Shown here: in pieces, positions 8,777 through 17,921 of the stretch
Layout of the letters: the number at the start of each line of letters is the position of its first letter
Position numbering within the stretch: position 1 is the first letter of the stretch
Origin: Candidatus Latescibacterota bacterium
GTDB lineage: Bacteria > Latescibacterota > UBA2968 > GCA-2709665
Reading direction: 5' to 3'
Length of the DNA: 64,000 bases
Assembly: GCA_965226795.1 (NCBI GenBank)
Contig: CBDDDZ010000005.1
Coordinates: 864,001 to 928,000, forward strand
Position numbers and translations under genes: made by a program
The notes under the pieces: model-generated
What the model saw: only the letters and a program-made list of their open reading frames with translations
What the model was told of the DNA's origin: nothing
Databases searched by the model: none

Positions 8777-10747
8777 TTACCCGCCGGCACGATCGTCGGG
8801 GTTCTTGCCAAACACGAGCAGTATCGCCGGGATCACCGAAAGGCCGATGAGCAGCCCGCACCAAACCGGATAGTAAAGGGTCGTGCCGACGTACCCCGCG
8901 AGTGCGGCGATGCCCATTGTGGTCAGGGCGTACGGGAGTTGCGTCCTCACGTGGTCCAGATGGTCGCAGGAGGTGGCAAGGCTGGACATGACTGTCGTGT
9001 CGCTTATCGGCGAGCAATGATCCCCGAAAATTGCGCCGTCCAGTACGGCGGCGGCGGCGAGAATGGTGAGTGGGAGTCCGCCCAGGCTGTGCGCAAGGGG
9101 AACCGCGGTGGGGATGAGGATCGCCATGGTTGTCCACGACGTACCGATGGCGAAGGCGACCGAAGCCGCCAGGAGGAAGATGAGCAGAGGCAGCAGGCCG
9201 GGAACCACGACGGGCGATAGTGCCGCCGCCAGATAGGTGGATGTGCCAATGTCCTTGCAGACAGCCTGAATGGCCCAGGCCATGATGAGGATGGCAATGG
9301 CATAATAGATCCCCGTGATTCCCTGCGCCCAGGTCTTTATCGCCACAAACGGTTGGATCAGCGCGGATCCGTTGGCAGGATGGTGCCGGGTGACGGCAAT
9401 TAGCAATGCGATTGTGGAGCCCAGCATGGCGGATAGGAATAGCACCCGCGCGTTGTTGGCATTGGAGAAACACGCTGTCCAATACGAGAAGCTGAACAGT
9501 GAGCTTCCCAGACGGATCGGCCGGACTTCGGGATCGTTCCATGTATCCGCGGCCATGCCGGCGATCACGGCAACGACGACGATCAGAACCGGTACGGCTG
9601 CCACCCACCAGGCGGGTTGAACGCCGCTGGCCGGCAGGACCTCCCTGATCCGGCGCCCTGCCAGCGGAGTAGCGCCCGACCGAAGCACCCGTCCCGTTGT
9701 CCCGGCCCGGCGCTCCGCGCGGTACATGGGTCCATAATCCCGTTGGAGCCACGCCGAAGCGGCGACGAACACAAGCGTAAAGAGGCAGTAGAATCGAGCG
9801 GGCAGCGCGTAGAAGAAGAGCTGATAGCCGGATACGCCGGTGCCGAGATCCCGCATGAGGTCACCAAAGAGCCCGACTTCGAATCCGATCCAGGTACTGA
9901 TGACAGCGACGCCCGCAACCGGGGCGGCGGTGGAATCAACAATGTACGCGAGTTTCTCGCGGGAAATGCGGAACCGATCGGCCATAGGCCGTAGCGTGGT
10001 ACCGACCACGATCGTGTTGGCGTAGTCATCGAAGAAAATCGCCAGTCCCATAAGAAATGCGGCCACCCGCGTGGATCTGGCGCTTTCGGCGCGGGAGGAA
10101 AGAAGCGTTGCAATGCCCTGGTTTCCCCCGGCAAGCGAGGTTATCCGTACCATGCCGATCAGGGCCGCCGTAAAGCCGAGAATATAGAGCTGAAAGGACG
10201 ATATCAGGGGGGTCCAGACGTAGTTCACCGCTGCTCGTTCGAGGGCGGCGAACGGGAGCTCGTATAGTGGGGCTCCGCCAACGGTGAGCAGGCCCCCGGA
10301 AAGTACGGCCAGGCCCAGACCCAGGAGCAGGCGACCACTGAGCACGGCAACGAGTATCGCCGCAATCGGGGGAAAAACGCTCCAGCCGTCAATCGGTCTA
10401 AGGAGGGCCTGTTGTTGTGCGTTGGATGTCGAGGCGGTCAGGATAAGTTCGCCCGATGCTTCCGCGCAGATAAACGTGATTTCAGGAGCGCCGGCTGCGG
10501 GCTTCTTTCGCTGCTGCCTCGCTTGTTTAAAACCAGGTTCGCAACGCGAATCCGAGGTTTCGGCAAGGATCCAGACGCCGTCGCCCAGCGTCTTCGCCAG
10601 CCTGGGCAATTCGGTCACGATCTGCTGGCGTACAACGCGGTCCCGGTTCTTCGGCAACACTGTCGCGAAAAGAGCCGCTAGCGTTAGCGCAAAAAGAATG
10701 CGTACAAACGGATACCTGCTGTTTTTTTTCTTCTCGTGCTGATCCAT
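8777..10747 (-). CDS. NhaC-family Na+/H+ antiporter / transporter with an extra N-terminal extracytoplasmic segment
   Basis: IFFDDYAN, ISREKLAYIVDSTAAP, GTSWTTM, GAIFGDHCSPISDTT, HVRTQLPYA; start placed at ATG10747 (uncertain). Confidence 0.9.
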   Translation of the reverse strand: MDQHEKKKNSRYPFVRILFALTLAALFATVLPKNRDRVVRQQIVTELPRLAKTLGDGVWILAETSDSRCEPGFKQARQQRKKPAAGAPEITFICAEASGELILTASTSNAQQQALLRPIDGWSVFPPIAAILVAVLSGRLLLGLGLAVLSGGLLTVGGAPLYELPFAALERAAVNYVWTPLISSFQLYILGFTAALIGMVRITSLAGGNQGIATLLSSRAESARSTRVAAFLMGLAIFFDDYANTIVVGTTLRPMADRFRISREKLAYIVDSTAAPVAGVAVISTWIGFEVGLFGDLMRDLGTGVSGYQLFFYALPARFYCLFTLVFVAASAWLQRDYGPMYRAERRAGTTGRVLRSGATPLAGRRIREVLPASGVQPAWWVAAVPVLIVVVAVIAGMAADTWNDPEVRPIRLGSSLFSFSYWTACFSNANNARVLFLSAMLGSTIALLIAVTRHHPANGSALIQPFVAIKTWAQGITGIYYAIAILIMAWAIQAVCKDIGTSTYLAAALSPVVVPGLLPLLIFLLAASVAFAIGTSWTTMAILIPTAVPLAHSLGGLPLTILAAAAVLDGAIFGDHCSPISDTTVMSSLATSCDHLDHVRTQLPYALTTMGIAALAGYVGTTLYYPVWCGLLIGLSVIPAILLVFGKNPDDRAGG

Positions 10748-11059
10748 GAACAGTGCTTTCCAATCGCCTGTATCAATGAAAAAAGCCAATAGCTGCGATA
10801 ATGCGTGCCTGGTCAGATCGTTGGACTCGTACGAAAAAACGTTTCCATTCGGACGATAGAATCCTATCTTATTGGGCCGCGAACAACGCCGGACGGGGAT
10901 AGGCATGCCGGCGCCGAAAACCTCGCGCGATGCACGAGTCGCGGCGAAAGCGCGCGGGACGTCAGTCCTTCGTTATAACGATACAACGGCTTTCGCATCC
11001 GGCAAGCAGGGACAATCCGGGGAGGTGTCGTCGCCAACCCGGGGTATCGAAAGTGGACC

Positions 11060-11854
11060 ATGCTGCATCGCACCAAAGAACGCACCTACGAAATTCTGGA
11101 CAAGGCGCAGTCGGGAGACTGGACGAGTCGACTGATCGACCTGTTCATCATGGGGTTGATTATCCTGAACGTCATGGCTGTCATTCTGGAGACAGTCGAG
11201 GCCGTTCAGGCGTCGTACGGGTGGCTTTTTGAGGCGTTTGACGCCTTTTCCGTTAGCGTGTTTACTGTCGAATACCTGATGCGCCTGTGGTCGTGTACCG
11301 CCGATGAAAAGTATACCCGCCCAATTCGGGGTCGATTGCGTTATTTCCTGACGCCCCTGGCGGTGGTGGATCTGATTGCGATCCTTCCATTTTATCTGCC
11401 TTTGGTCACGACTGTCGACCTGCGCGTGTTGCGCGCCATGCGGTTGTTGCGGTTGTTCAAACTGGGACGGTATTCCACCTCCTTGCAGACGCTCGGTAAT
11501 GTGTTACGGAAGCATAGCGGCGAGTTGCTGGTCACCCTTTTCGTCCTGCTGATCATGCTGGTGATCGCGTCGACGCTGATGTATTTTGCCGAACACAACG
11601 CCCAGCCTGAGGACTTCTCCAGCATCCCGTCGGCCATGTGGTGGGGCATCGTTACACTCACGACGGTGGGATACGGTGATACGTACCCGGTAACCGGTGT
11701 CGGAAAGGTACTGGGTGCGGTGATCGCGCTTCTTGGGATCGGGATGTTCGCCCTGCCGGCCGGCATCCTGGGTTCTGGTTTCGCCGAGGAGATCGACCGG
11801 CGGAAAAAGGCTGGCGGCGTTTGTCCACACTGTGGGCGCGAAATGGAATCGTGA
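11060..11854 (+). CDS. Voltage-gated potassium channel-type ion transporter
   Basis: TTVGYGD selectivity filter; S4-like RVLRAMRLLRLFK; C-terminal CPHCG. Confidence 0.93.
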   Translation: MLHRTKERTYEILDKAQSGDWTSRLIDLFIMGLIILNVMAVILETVEAVQASYGWLFEAFDAFSVSVFTVEYLMRLWSCTADEKYTRPIRGRLRYFLTPLAVVDLIAILPFYLPLVTTVDLRVLRAMRLLRLFKLGRYSTSLQTLGNVLRKHSGELLVTLFVLLIMLVIASTLMYFAEHNAQPEDFSSIPSAMWWGIVTLTTVGYGDTYPVTGVGKVLGAVIALLGIGMFALPAGILGSGFAEEIDRRKKAGGVCPHCGREMES

Positions 11855-11895
11855 ACCTGTAGTAGTACGGGGGAATTAGCAAAGGAGCGACCAGG

Positions 11896-12693
11896 ATGGA
11901 GACGACTGTTGGATGTACGACGCGGCCTTACGGCCAACTGAGTTACAGCGAAGCGTATAGCCGGATTGCGGAAGCCGGCTACTCGGATGTGGCGGTTTTC
12001 GCCAATGAAGGCCGGGTGCCGGTAGGTCCGGAGAGTTCTCCGGCGGAGGTTGCGGCCGTGCGGCAGGCAGCGGATGCCGCCGGTGTGGTTCCTTCGATGC
12101 TCATTGGGGGCACCCGGTTGGGCGGGGGCCTGTCGCCGGCGGTGGACGACTACAAGCGACTGATCGACAATGCGGCGGCGCTGGGCGCTACCTGGTTGTT
12201 GGATTGCGGCACCAGCAACGATGCCCACTTCGATGACTATTTCGAGTTGATGCGGCAGGCCGCGCCCCATGCGGATCAGGTCGGCGTGAAGATAACCATG
12301 AAACCCCACGGGGGTATCAGTCTCACGGTTTCCCACCTCCTCGGGGCCCACACAACCGTGAACCACGCGGCGTTCGGCATCTGTTTCGATCCGGGAAATA
12401 TTATCTATTATTCCAAGGGTGACCTGCGGCCCGAGACAGACGTCTCGGAAGTTGCGCCGGTGGTGACGACGGGGATTATCAAGGATTGTACGGTTATCGA
12501 CGGTGTACCGGATGTAATGGTGACGCCAAGCGACGGTCTTGTGGATTTCCATTCGGTGTTGTCCGGGCTGGTCGGCGGCGGGTTCGACGGACCGCTCTAC
12601 GTGGAATGCGTGGGAGGCAAGGAGCCGGATGAGGTGGATCGGGACGTGGCGTTTACACGCGGTTACGTCGAGGGAATACTGACCGGGCTTTAG
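11896..12693 (+). CDS. Sugar phosphate isomerase/epimerase (xylose isomerase-like TIM barrel)
   Basis: FDPGN, IKD, G.VDF, FDGPLYVE motifs; AGGAG RBS. Confidence 0.8.
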   Translation: METTVGCTTRPYGQLSYSEAYSRIAEAGYSDVAVFANEGRVPVGPESSPAEVAAVRQAADAAGVVPSMLIGGTRLGGGLSPAVDDYKRLIDNAAALGATWLLDCGTSNDAHFDDYFELMRQAAPHADQVGVKITMKPHGGISLTVSHLLGAHTTVNHAAFGICFDPGNIIYYSKGDLRPETDVSEVAPVVTTGIIKDCTVIDGVPDVMVTPSDGLVDFHSVLSGLVGGGFDGPLYVECVGGKEPDEVDRDVAFTRGYVEGILTGL

Positions 12694-12737
12694 TCTTCGC
12701 TCACTGCGTCGGATGCGGGTTAAACGCTTACGGTCGG

Positions 12738-13121
12738 TCAGGGAAGAACGGCCGTCACCTCGATTTCAACATGGGCCCCGGCAGGGAGGGCAACCACCTG
12801 CACGCAGCTCCGCCCGGGAGGGTCGTTCGGAAAATAGCTTGCATAGACGGTGTTCATTTCGGCGAATTCCGAAATGTCCGTCATGTAGACAACCGTGCGC
12901 ACCACGTGGTCCATCGTAGCGCCCGCGGCCTCCAGGATCGCCTTGATATTTTCCAGCGTCTGCCGGGTTTCCGCGGCAAGGCCTCCGCTGACAATTGCGC
13001 CGGTTCCGGGGTCGATTCCCTTTTCGCCCGCTACAAAGATCAAGTCGCCCGTTTTTATGGCCTGCGAATAGGGTCCCACGGGAAGAGCGGCCTTATCGGT
13101 GGTGATCACCTCTTTTTGCAT
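12738..13121 (-). CDS. ridA: RidA/YjgF family enamine deaminase
   Basis: GPYSQAI, QTLENIKAILEAAG, PPGRSCVQV.ALP..AHVEIE with the catalytic Arg. Confidence 0.92.
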   Translation of the reverse strand: MQKEVITTDKAALPVGPYSQAIKTGDLIFVAGEKGIDPGTGAIVSGGLAAETRQTLENIKAILEAAGATMDHVVRTVVYMTDISEFAEMNTVYASYFPNDPPGRSCVQVVALPAGAHVEIEVTAVLP

Positions 13122-13485
13122 AACGCGCAGTCTCCATTCTGAGTAGCGGGATGTATCGCGTAAGCGGCGATTAGCCGGTCGCGCGCCGCGGGTTGACGGC
13201 GGTCGGTGTTTTATATATCGGGGTTGTCTTTGATAATGTCAAGATCCGGAATTGTCAAGGAGAATTCCCCGGATGGCTCGCGCGGATAAATCCGATGTCC
13301 GGATTCATCGCGCCGGCTACACCGGATTCGTGTCCGACAAATGCGCTTTGTGCGGCCGAGAGATCGGCCATCAGCGTGTTTGCCGGGTCTGGGCTGGGGG
13401 GGGGGCGTAATTCGATATGTACAACGGTGTGGAGGAGGCCACGGCTGTTTTTGGCGGTCCCTGAGACGGAAGAGGGAATGCGAAA

Positions 13486-13911
13486 ATGAGTATCGGATAT
13501 CGAAGAGTCAAGCGGCTGGAACTGCCCAGTTGCGTGGAATCGCTCCATGAAGTCGTTGACGTCGCGGCACAGGTTACGGCCGAACTGGCGATGAGCGAGG
13601 ATGCCTGCGTCGAAGTCGCGATTGCGCTCACGGAAGCCGTTAACAATGCCATTTTCCACGGTAACGGGGGTGTGCGGGAAAGGTCGTTCACCGTCGAGTT
13701 TACGGTGGTGGACGGCATGTTGCACATCGCGGTCCGGGATCAGGGGCCCGGGTTCGACCCGGCGGAGGTTCCGGATCCTCTTGCCGAGGAGAACCTGTTG
13801 AAACCCTCCGGCCGCGGCTTGCTGATGATGCGCGCCATGGTGGACGACGTCCAACACCACTTTTGCGCGGCCGGTACGAGAGTAATCCTTAGCAAACGCA
13901 TTGCATCCTGA
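13486..13911 (+). CDS. RsbW-like anti-sigma factor / HATPase_c_2 Ser kinase
   Basis: EAVNNAIFHGN, VRDQGPGFDP, NLLKPSGRGLLMMR. Confidence 0.9.
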   Translation: MSIGYRRVKRLELPSCVESLHEVVDVAAQVTAELAMSEDACVEVAIALTEAVNNAIFHGNGGVRERSFTVEFTVVDGMLHIAVRDQGPGFDPAEVPDPLAEENLLKPSGRGLLMMRAMVDDVQHHFCAAGTRVILSKRIAS

Positions 13912-13928
13912 ACAATGGAGGTCGCGCC

Positions 13929-15002
13929 ATGCGTATCGAGCGCATTGAGACGATTTCGCTCACCTGTTTCTGGGGGCCGTCCGAGAGGGGAGTCAAACGG
14001 ACCTGGCCCCTCCATCTTGTCCGGGCGGATAACGGGCTCGTGGGCATTGGCAGGGGTGGAAGCGCTGATATGATCGAGCGTGAATTCGCGCCGCTGCTTG
14101 TGGGTGAAGATCCCCGCCGGCCGGCCCATCTCTGGCAGCGGATGTATGATCTTGCATGGCGTTTTCGCGGTCCCGGCCGGGCCGCAATGGGGACAATCGG
14201 CGCCCTGGACGTGGCGCTTTGGGACTTGTATGGAAAGGCGTGCGGCGAGCCGGTCTGGCGCCTGTTGGGCGGGTACAGGAACCGGGTGACCGCGTATGCG
14301 GACGGAATCGGCTATGAACATCAAAACGCAGAGGATGTCGCCGCCCTCGTCAGAAAACACGCGGACCTGGGATTCAAGGCCGTGAAGTTCCATCTATCGA
14401 ATGACGATCGCGAACTCGCATTCGACAAAGTGAGATTGTCACGCGAGGCATTGGGCGAGAGTCCGAGGTTGATGATCGACATACACAGGATGTGGGAAGG
14501 TAAAACGGCTGCGGCGATGGCGCGCCGGTTTGAGCCTTACAACCTGTTCTGGATTGAAGAACCCGTGCGTGGCGACGACGAAGCGGCGCATATGAGGATG
14601 GTGCGTGAGGCGACGCAGGCGCTGGTTGCCGGCGGCGAGAGCGAGGGCACGCTGTATGGCATTCGCCATTTGATCGCCGATGGCGGGCTGCAGGTGGTCC
14701 AGTCGGACATTATTGGAGGCGGGGGGTTTACGGGTCTGATGCGGATGGCTGCGCTGGCCGAGGCGCACCACATCTACGTTGCGCCGCACGGGGCTTCCTT
14801 TCCCGAAATCAACTGTCACCTGGTTGCCGCCGTGCCCAACGGGTTGATGGTGTCCGCCTGCCCGCATACCGAGCCGTATCAGATCTGGTCGGACCTCTAC
14901 GATCCCCCGTTCCAGATCGTGGATGGCGAGATTCACATGGGTGACGAACCCGGCCTCGGACTGACGCTCAACGAAGACTTCATCGCGGCCCATCGCGCGT
15001 GA
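13929..15002 (+). CDS. Mandelate racemase/muconate lactonizing enzyme family protein
   Basis: ALDVALWDLYGK..GEPVWRLLGG, LMID, WIEEP, AGGE; catalytic KxK appears as KFH. Confidence 0.92.
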   Translation: MRIERIETISLTCFWGPSERGVKRTWPLHLVRADNGLVGIGRGGSADMIEREFAPLLVGEDPRRPAHLWQRMYDLAWRFRGPGRAAMGTIGALDVALWDLYGKACGEPVWRLLGGYRNRVTAYADGIGYEHQNAEDVAALVRKHADLGFKAVKFHLSNDDRELAFDKVRLSREALGESPRLMIDIHRMWEGKTAAAMARRFEPYNLFWIEEPVRGDDEAAHMRMVREATQALVAGGESEGTLYGIRHLIADGGLQVVQSDIIGGGGFTGLMRMAALAEAHHIYVAPHGASFPEINCHLVAAVPNGLMVSACPHTEPYQIWSDLYDPPFQIVDGEIHMGDEPGLGLTLNEDFIAAHRA

Positions 15003-15016
15003 CGATAAGAACGAGA

Positions 15017-15115
15017 GTGCGTCTTCTCGCGGCGATCCACTACAACAGGCAGAGAGTTTACATTCGTGCAATACTTACGCATGAGGAATACGATAGCGGG
15101 AAATGGAAGGAATAA
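15017..15115 (+). pseudogene. higB: C-terminal fragment of a HigB-type toxin
   Basis: VRLLAAIHYNRQRVYIRAILTHEEYDSGKWKE*, the typical HigB C-terminus; the N-terminal part is absent. Confidence 0.8.
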
Positions 15116-15346
15116 ACAATTACAGCAGAAATACAAGCGGCTCAAGATGTTTGGCCCAGGCTGACACCTCTTGTATTCGTCCCTCACGCGGAAAGTGAAT
15201 ATCAACGGCTGGTGACTGTCCTGGACGATTTGATCGACATGGTAGGCGAGGATGATGATCATCCCCTGGCCTCGCTGATGGAGGTCATTGGCGTGCTGAT
15301 TGAGAAGTATGAAGATAAACACGTCCCAGAACTGATGGATGTATAG
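15116..15346 (+). pseudogene. HigA-like antitoxin N-terminal-domain protein lacking a canonical start codon
   Basis: TITAEIQAAQDVWPRLTPLVFVPHAESEYQRLVTVLDDLIDMVGEDDDHPLASLMEVIGVLIEKYEDKHVPELMDV*, directly after the higB stop; no ATG/GTG/TTG at the 5' end and no HTH. Confidence 0.7.
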
Positions 15347-15672
15347 CTGTTGGATGACGGCTTCGTTGGGAAACCGACGCTTCTGCGAAGCAACGGACGC
15401 GCAGTTCGCCGCCGTGCCCAACGGTTTGATGGTGTCCACCTGCCCGCGCACCGAGCAGTACCAAATCTGGTCGGATCTCGATGTTCCTCCATTCCGGATC
15501 GTGGAAGTTGAGAATCCCCTGAACGACCGCCGCGGCTTGGGACCGACGCTCAACGAGGACTTCATTGTCGCACATCGCGCCTGACGGAAGGAAACTTCAG
15601 GCGGTTGTTATCCAGAAACGTGCCTAAAGCTCCGTCCGGAACGTAAGACAATATCCCATTTCAGAGAGCACA

Positions 15673-16230
15673 ATGCCAAAACTCAATCTCAAACCCACAC
15701 ACAAGGCCGTCAAAGATTATTATAAGGCGCTCGAACAATTCGATAGGCTCGGTGTAGTGCATGAATCCGCAGTACGCTCGGCCTTCCAATATTTGCTCGC
15801 ATGGTGTGGGCGGAAGTTTAAATGGACGCTCGTCCCGGAATATTCCATTCCTCTCCACAAGAATAAATGGATCGTCGTCGACGGTGCACTAATTGATGAT
15901 TTCACTTTGGTACATGGCCATTGGGAAGCTAAGGATATCGGAGATGACCTCGAAAATGAGGTGAAAAGCAAGTTTCAGGACGGGTATCCCAGGGATAATA
16001 TCCTGTTTCAATCTCCAAAACGTGCAATACTCTGGCAGAACGGAACTCAAGTGCGTGATGTCGATCTGACCGACCCAACGTTACTGATCGATATCCTCCA
16101 GGCCTACTTTGCGTACCGTCCTCAAGAGATCGTCGATTGGGAAGAGGCGGTTGGACAGTTCAAGGACAAAGTCCCGGACATCGGGGGTGGGCTGTCGAAA
16201 TTAATCAAGGAGCAGCGAAACACGAACCGG
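15673..16230 (+). pseudogene. Truncated N-terminal nuclease region of a type ISP/IIG-like restriction-modification enzyme
   Basis: HESAVRSAFQ.LL, VDGAL...WEAKD (PD-(D/E)xK), GYPRDNILFQ; resemblance stops near KEQRNTN and no MTase motifs follow. The 15673-16602 ORF reads into unrelated DNA. Confidence 0.7.
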
Positions 16231-16262
16231 TTGTTGGAAGTGGACCCCATCGTCAAGACCAA

Positions 16263-16484
16263 TTTGAGCAACTTCCAGAATCCGTGCAAAGGGTTGCAAC
16301 ACGCAATTTTCGCCTTCTCAAATCAAATCCAAGACATCCGTCTCTCCGATTCCGTAAAGTCGGACGGTTTTGGTCGGTCCGCACGGGTCTTTCTCACCGA
16401 GCGCTTGCAATCGAAGATGGCGGAGACTTCATCTGGATTTAGATTAGTAGCCACGCCGAATATGTACGGCTGGTGGGGGCTTGA
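16263..16484 (+). pseudogene. ParE/RelE-superfamily toxin remnant with an internal stop
   Basis: FEQLPESVQRVATRNFRLLKSNPRHPSLRFRKVGRFWSVRTGLSHRALAIEDGGDFIWI*ISSHAEYVRLVGA*; TAG at 16440 where W is expected; 5' end missing. Confidence 0.75.
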
Positions 16485-16598
16485 GCCGAATCCGGACAGA
16501 TTAGTAGCCCACCGCCGCATGTTGGACCCTGGATTGAAGATCCCATATTTGCCGTTACAGCCCTGCCATAATTCCGAATTTTCTGGAGTCAACGCGCC

Positions 16599-17165
16599 AT
16601 GAGCAGACCGGGCCAGTTGGAACGCGCCGAAATGAACGAGGAGCAGGCCCGCATCTACGACGCCATCATGGAATCCAGAGGCAGCATCGCCGGGCCGTTC
16701 GGGATCTGGCTGCACAGCCCGGAGTTGGCCGACCGCGCACAGAGTCTGGGAGAATTCGTCCGCTACCGCACCAGTCTCCCGCCCAGGCTCAGTGAACTGG
16801 CGATCCTCGTTACGGCGCGATTCTGGGATTGTCAGGTGGAGTGGTCCCTGCACGAAGGGTTCGCGATCGAAAGCGGGTTGAGCGAGGATATCATCGACGC
16901 GGTCCGTCACGGACGGGATCCCGATTTCGTTCACGACGACGAACGCGCCGTTTTCGACTACGTCAACGAATTGCTCCACAACCGCTTTGTTCCGCATGGC
17001 GTATTCGACGCGGCTCAGGAAGCGTTGGGCCAGACCGGCATTGTGGAACTGACGGGTATCGCCGGTTATTACAGCCTGGTGGCACAGACACTGAATGCGT
17101 TTCAGGTCCCCGTTCCCGCGGGTTGGGCGCCGACGCTTGTGGACTGCCCCACCTTCGAATCCTAG
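16599..17165 (+). CDS. Carboxymuconolactone decarboxylase/AhpD-like family protein
   Basis: GPFGIWLHSPELA, ELAILVTAR, EWSLH, VEL.GIAGYY. Confidence 0.88.
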   Translation: MSRPGQLERAEMNEEQARIYDAIMESRGSIAGPFGIWLHSPELADRAQSLGEFVRYRTSLPPRLSELAILVTARFWDCQVEWSLHEGFAIESGLSEDIIDAVRHGRDPDFVHDDERAVFDYVNELLHNRFVPHGVFDAAQEALGQTGIVELTGIAGYYSLVAQTLNAFQVPVPAGWAPTLVDCPTFES

Positions 17166-17275
17166 CGGCGTCATGTTGTCATCGACGGGCCCGGAACCGG
17201 CCTACGATAGGTTCGATTCGATGCATACCGGGGTTTCAAATCGCGCATAAGTAATTGAAAGTACATAGCTTCTGT

Positions 17276-17830
17276 ATGAATTCAAACCGGCACATCAAAA
17301 CCCCAAACCTTCGCCCGCGGCTGCGCGCCTCGGGGTTGGTGCTGCCGCTGATAGCCTTTGTCGGTTTCACCTTCGCGGCGCCGCTTGCGACGATGCTGGT
17401 GCGAAGCGTGTACGATCCCGTGGTTGCAGACGCCATGCCCCGGACGCTCGCCCTGTTAAAAGAATGGGACGGCCAGGGTGCTCCTCACGAGGCGGTCTAC
17501 GAATCCGCCGCGCGTGAACTCGTGAAGGCGCGCGCGGCCGCGAGCCTCGGCGCCGGGCCCGTGCGTATCTTTCGACGCGTGCAACTGCCGCTGATCGCGC
17601 CCGGCGTGATCTCGGGGGCGCTCTTCGCTTTCGCAACGTCCTTCGATGAAGTGGTCGTGGTACTGTTCATGGCCGCTATCGAACAGCGTACGATTCCGCG
17701 CCAGATGTGGGCCAGTATCCGTGAGCAGATCAGCCCCACCATCCTGGCGGTGGCGACATTCCTGATTGTCTTTGCCGTCCTGCTGCTATTCGCCGTTGAA
17801 TGGATGCGGAGGCGTTCCGCTTCGAGATAA
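17276..17830 (+). pseudogene. Chimeric, internally deleted polyamine-type ABC permease (PotB-like start fused to PotC-like end)
   Basis: First TM and loop LVLPLIAFVGFTFAAPLATMLVRSV...ELVKA joined in frame to the EAA loop and C-terminus RAAASLGAGP...FATSFDEVVV...TIPRQMW; too short for an intact permease. Confidence 0.75.
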
Positions 17831-17921
17831 GCCGCCGGCGAAACGCGCAGGTTGCGGCATTTCACCGCATTTGCGCCAAAAATAAACCGATCAACCGAAC
17901 AGAGGATCCAAAGGTCGCCCA

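Larger units (their letters stand above)
14826..15586 (+). repeat. Diverged direct repeat of 179 bp (14826-15004 and 15408-15586) duplicating the 3' end of the MR/MLE gene
   Basis: Gap-free alignment with 36 mismatches by manual count (about 80% identity); both copies encode AAVPNGLMVS...TLNEDFI.AHRA*. Confidence 0.92.

Noticed and set aside
10970..10981. 12-bp palindrome TCGTTATAACGA between the divergent nhaC-like and K+ channel genes
   Set aside because: Several 12-bp palindromes are expected by chance in 64 kb; no second copy noticed
14826..15586. Diversity-generating retroelement TR/VR pair
   Set aside because: Mismatches are not confined to adenines of one copy (many C/T and G/C changes) and there is no reverse transcriptase in the window
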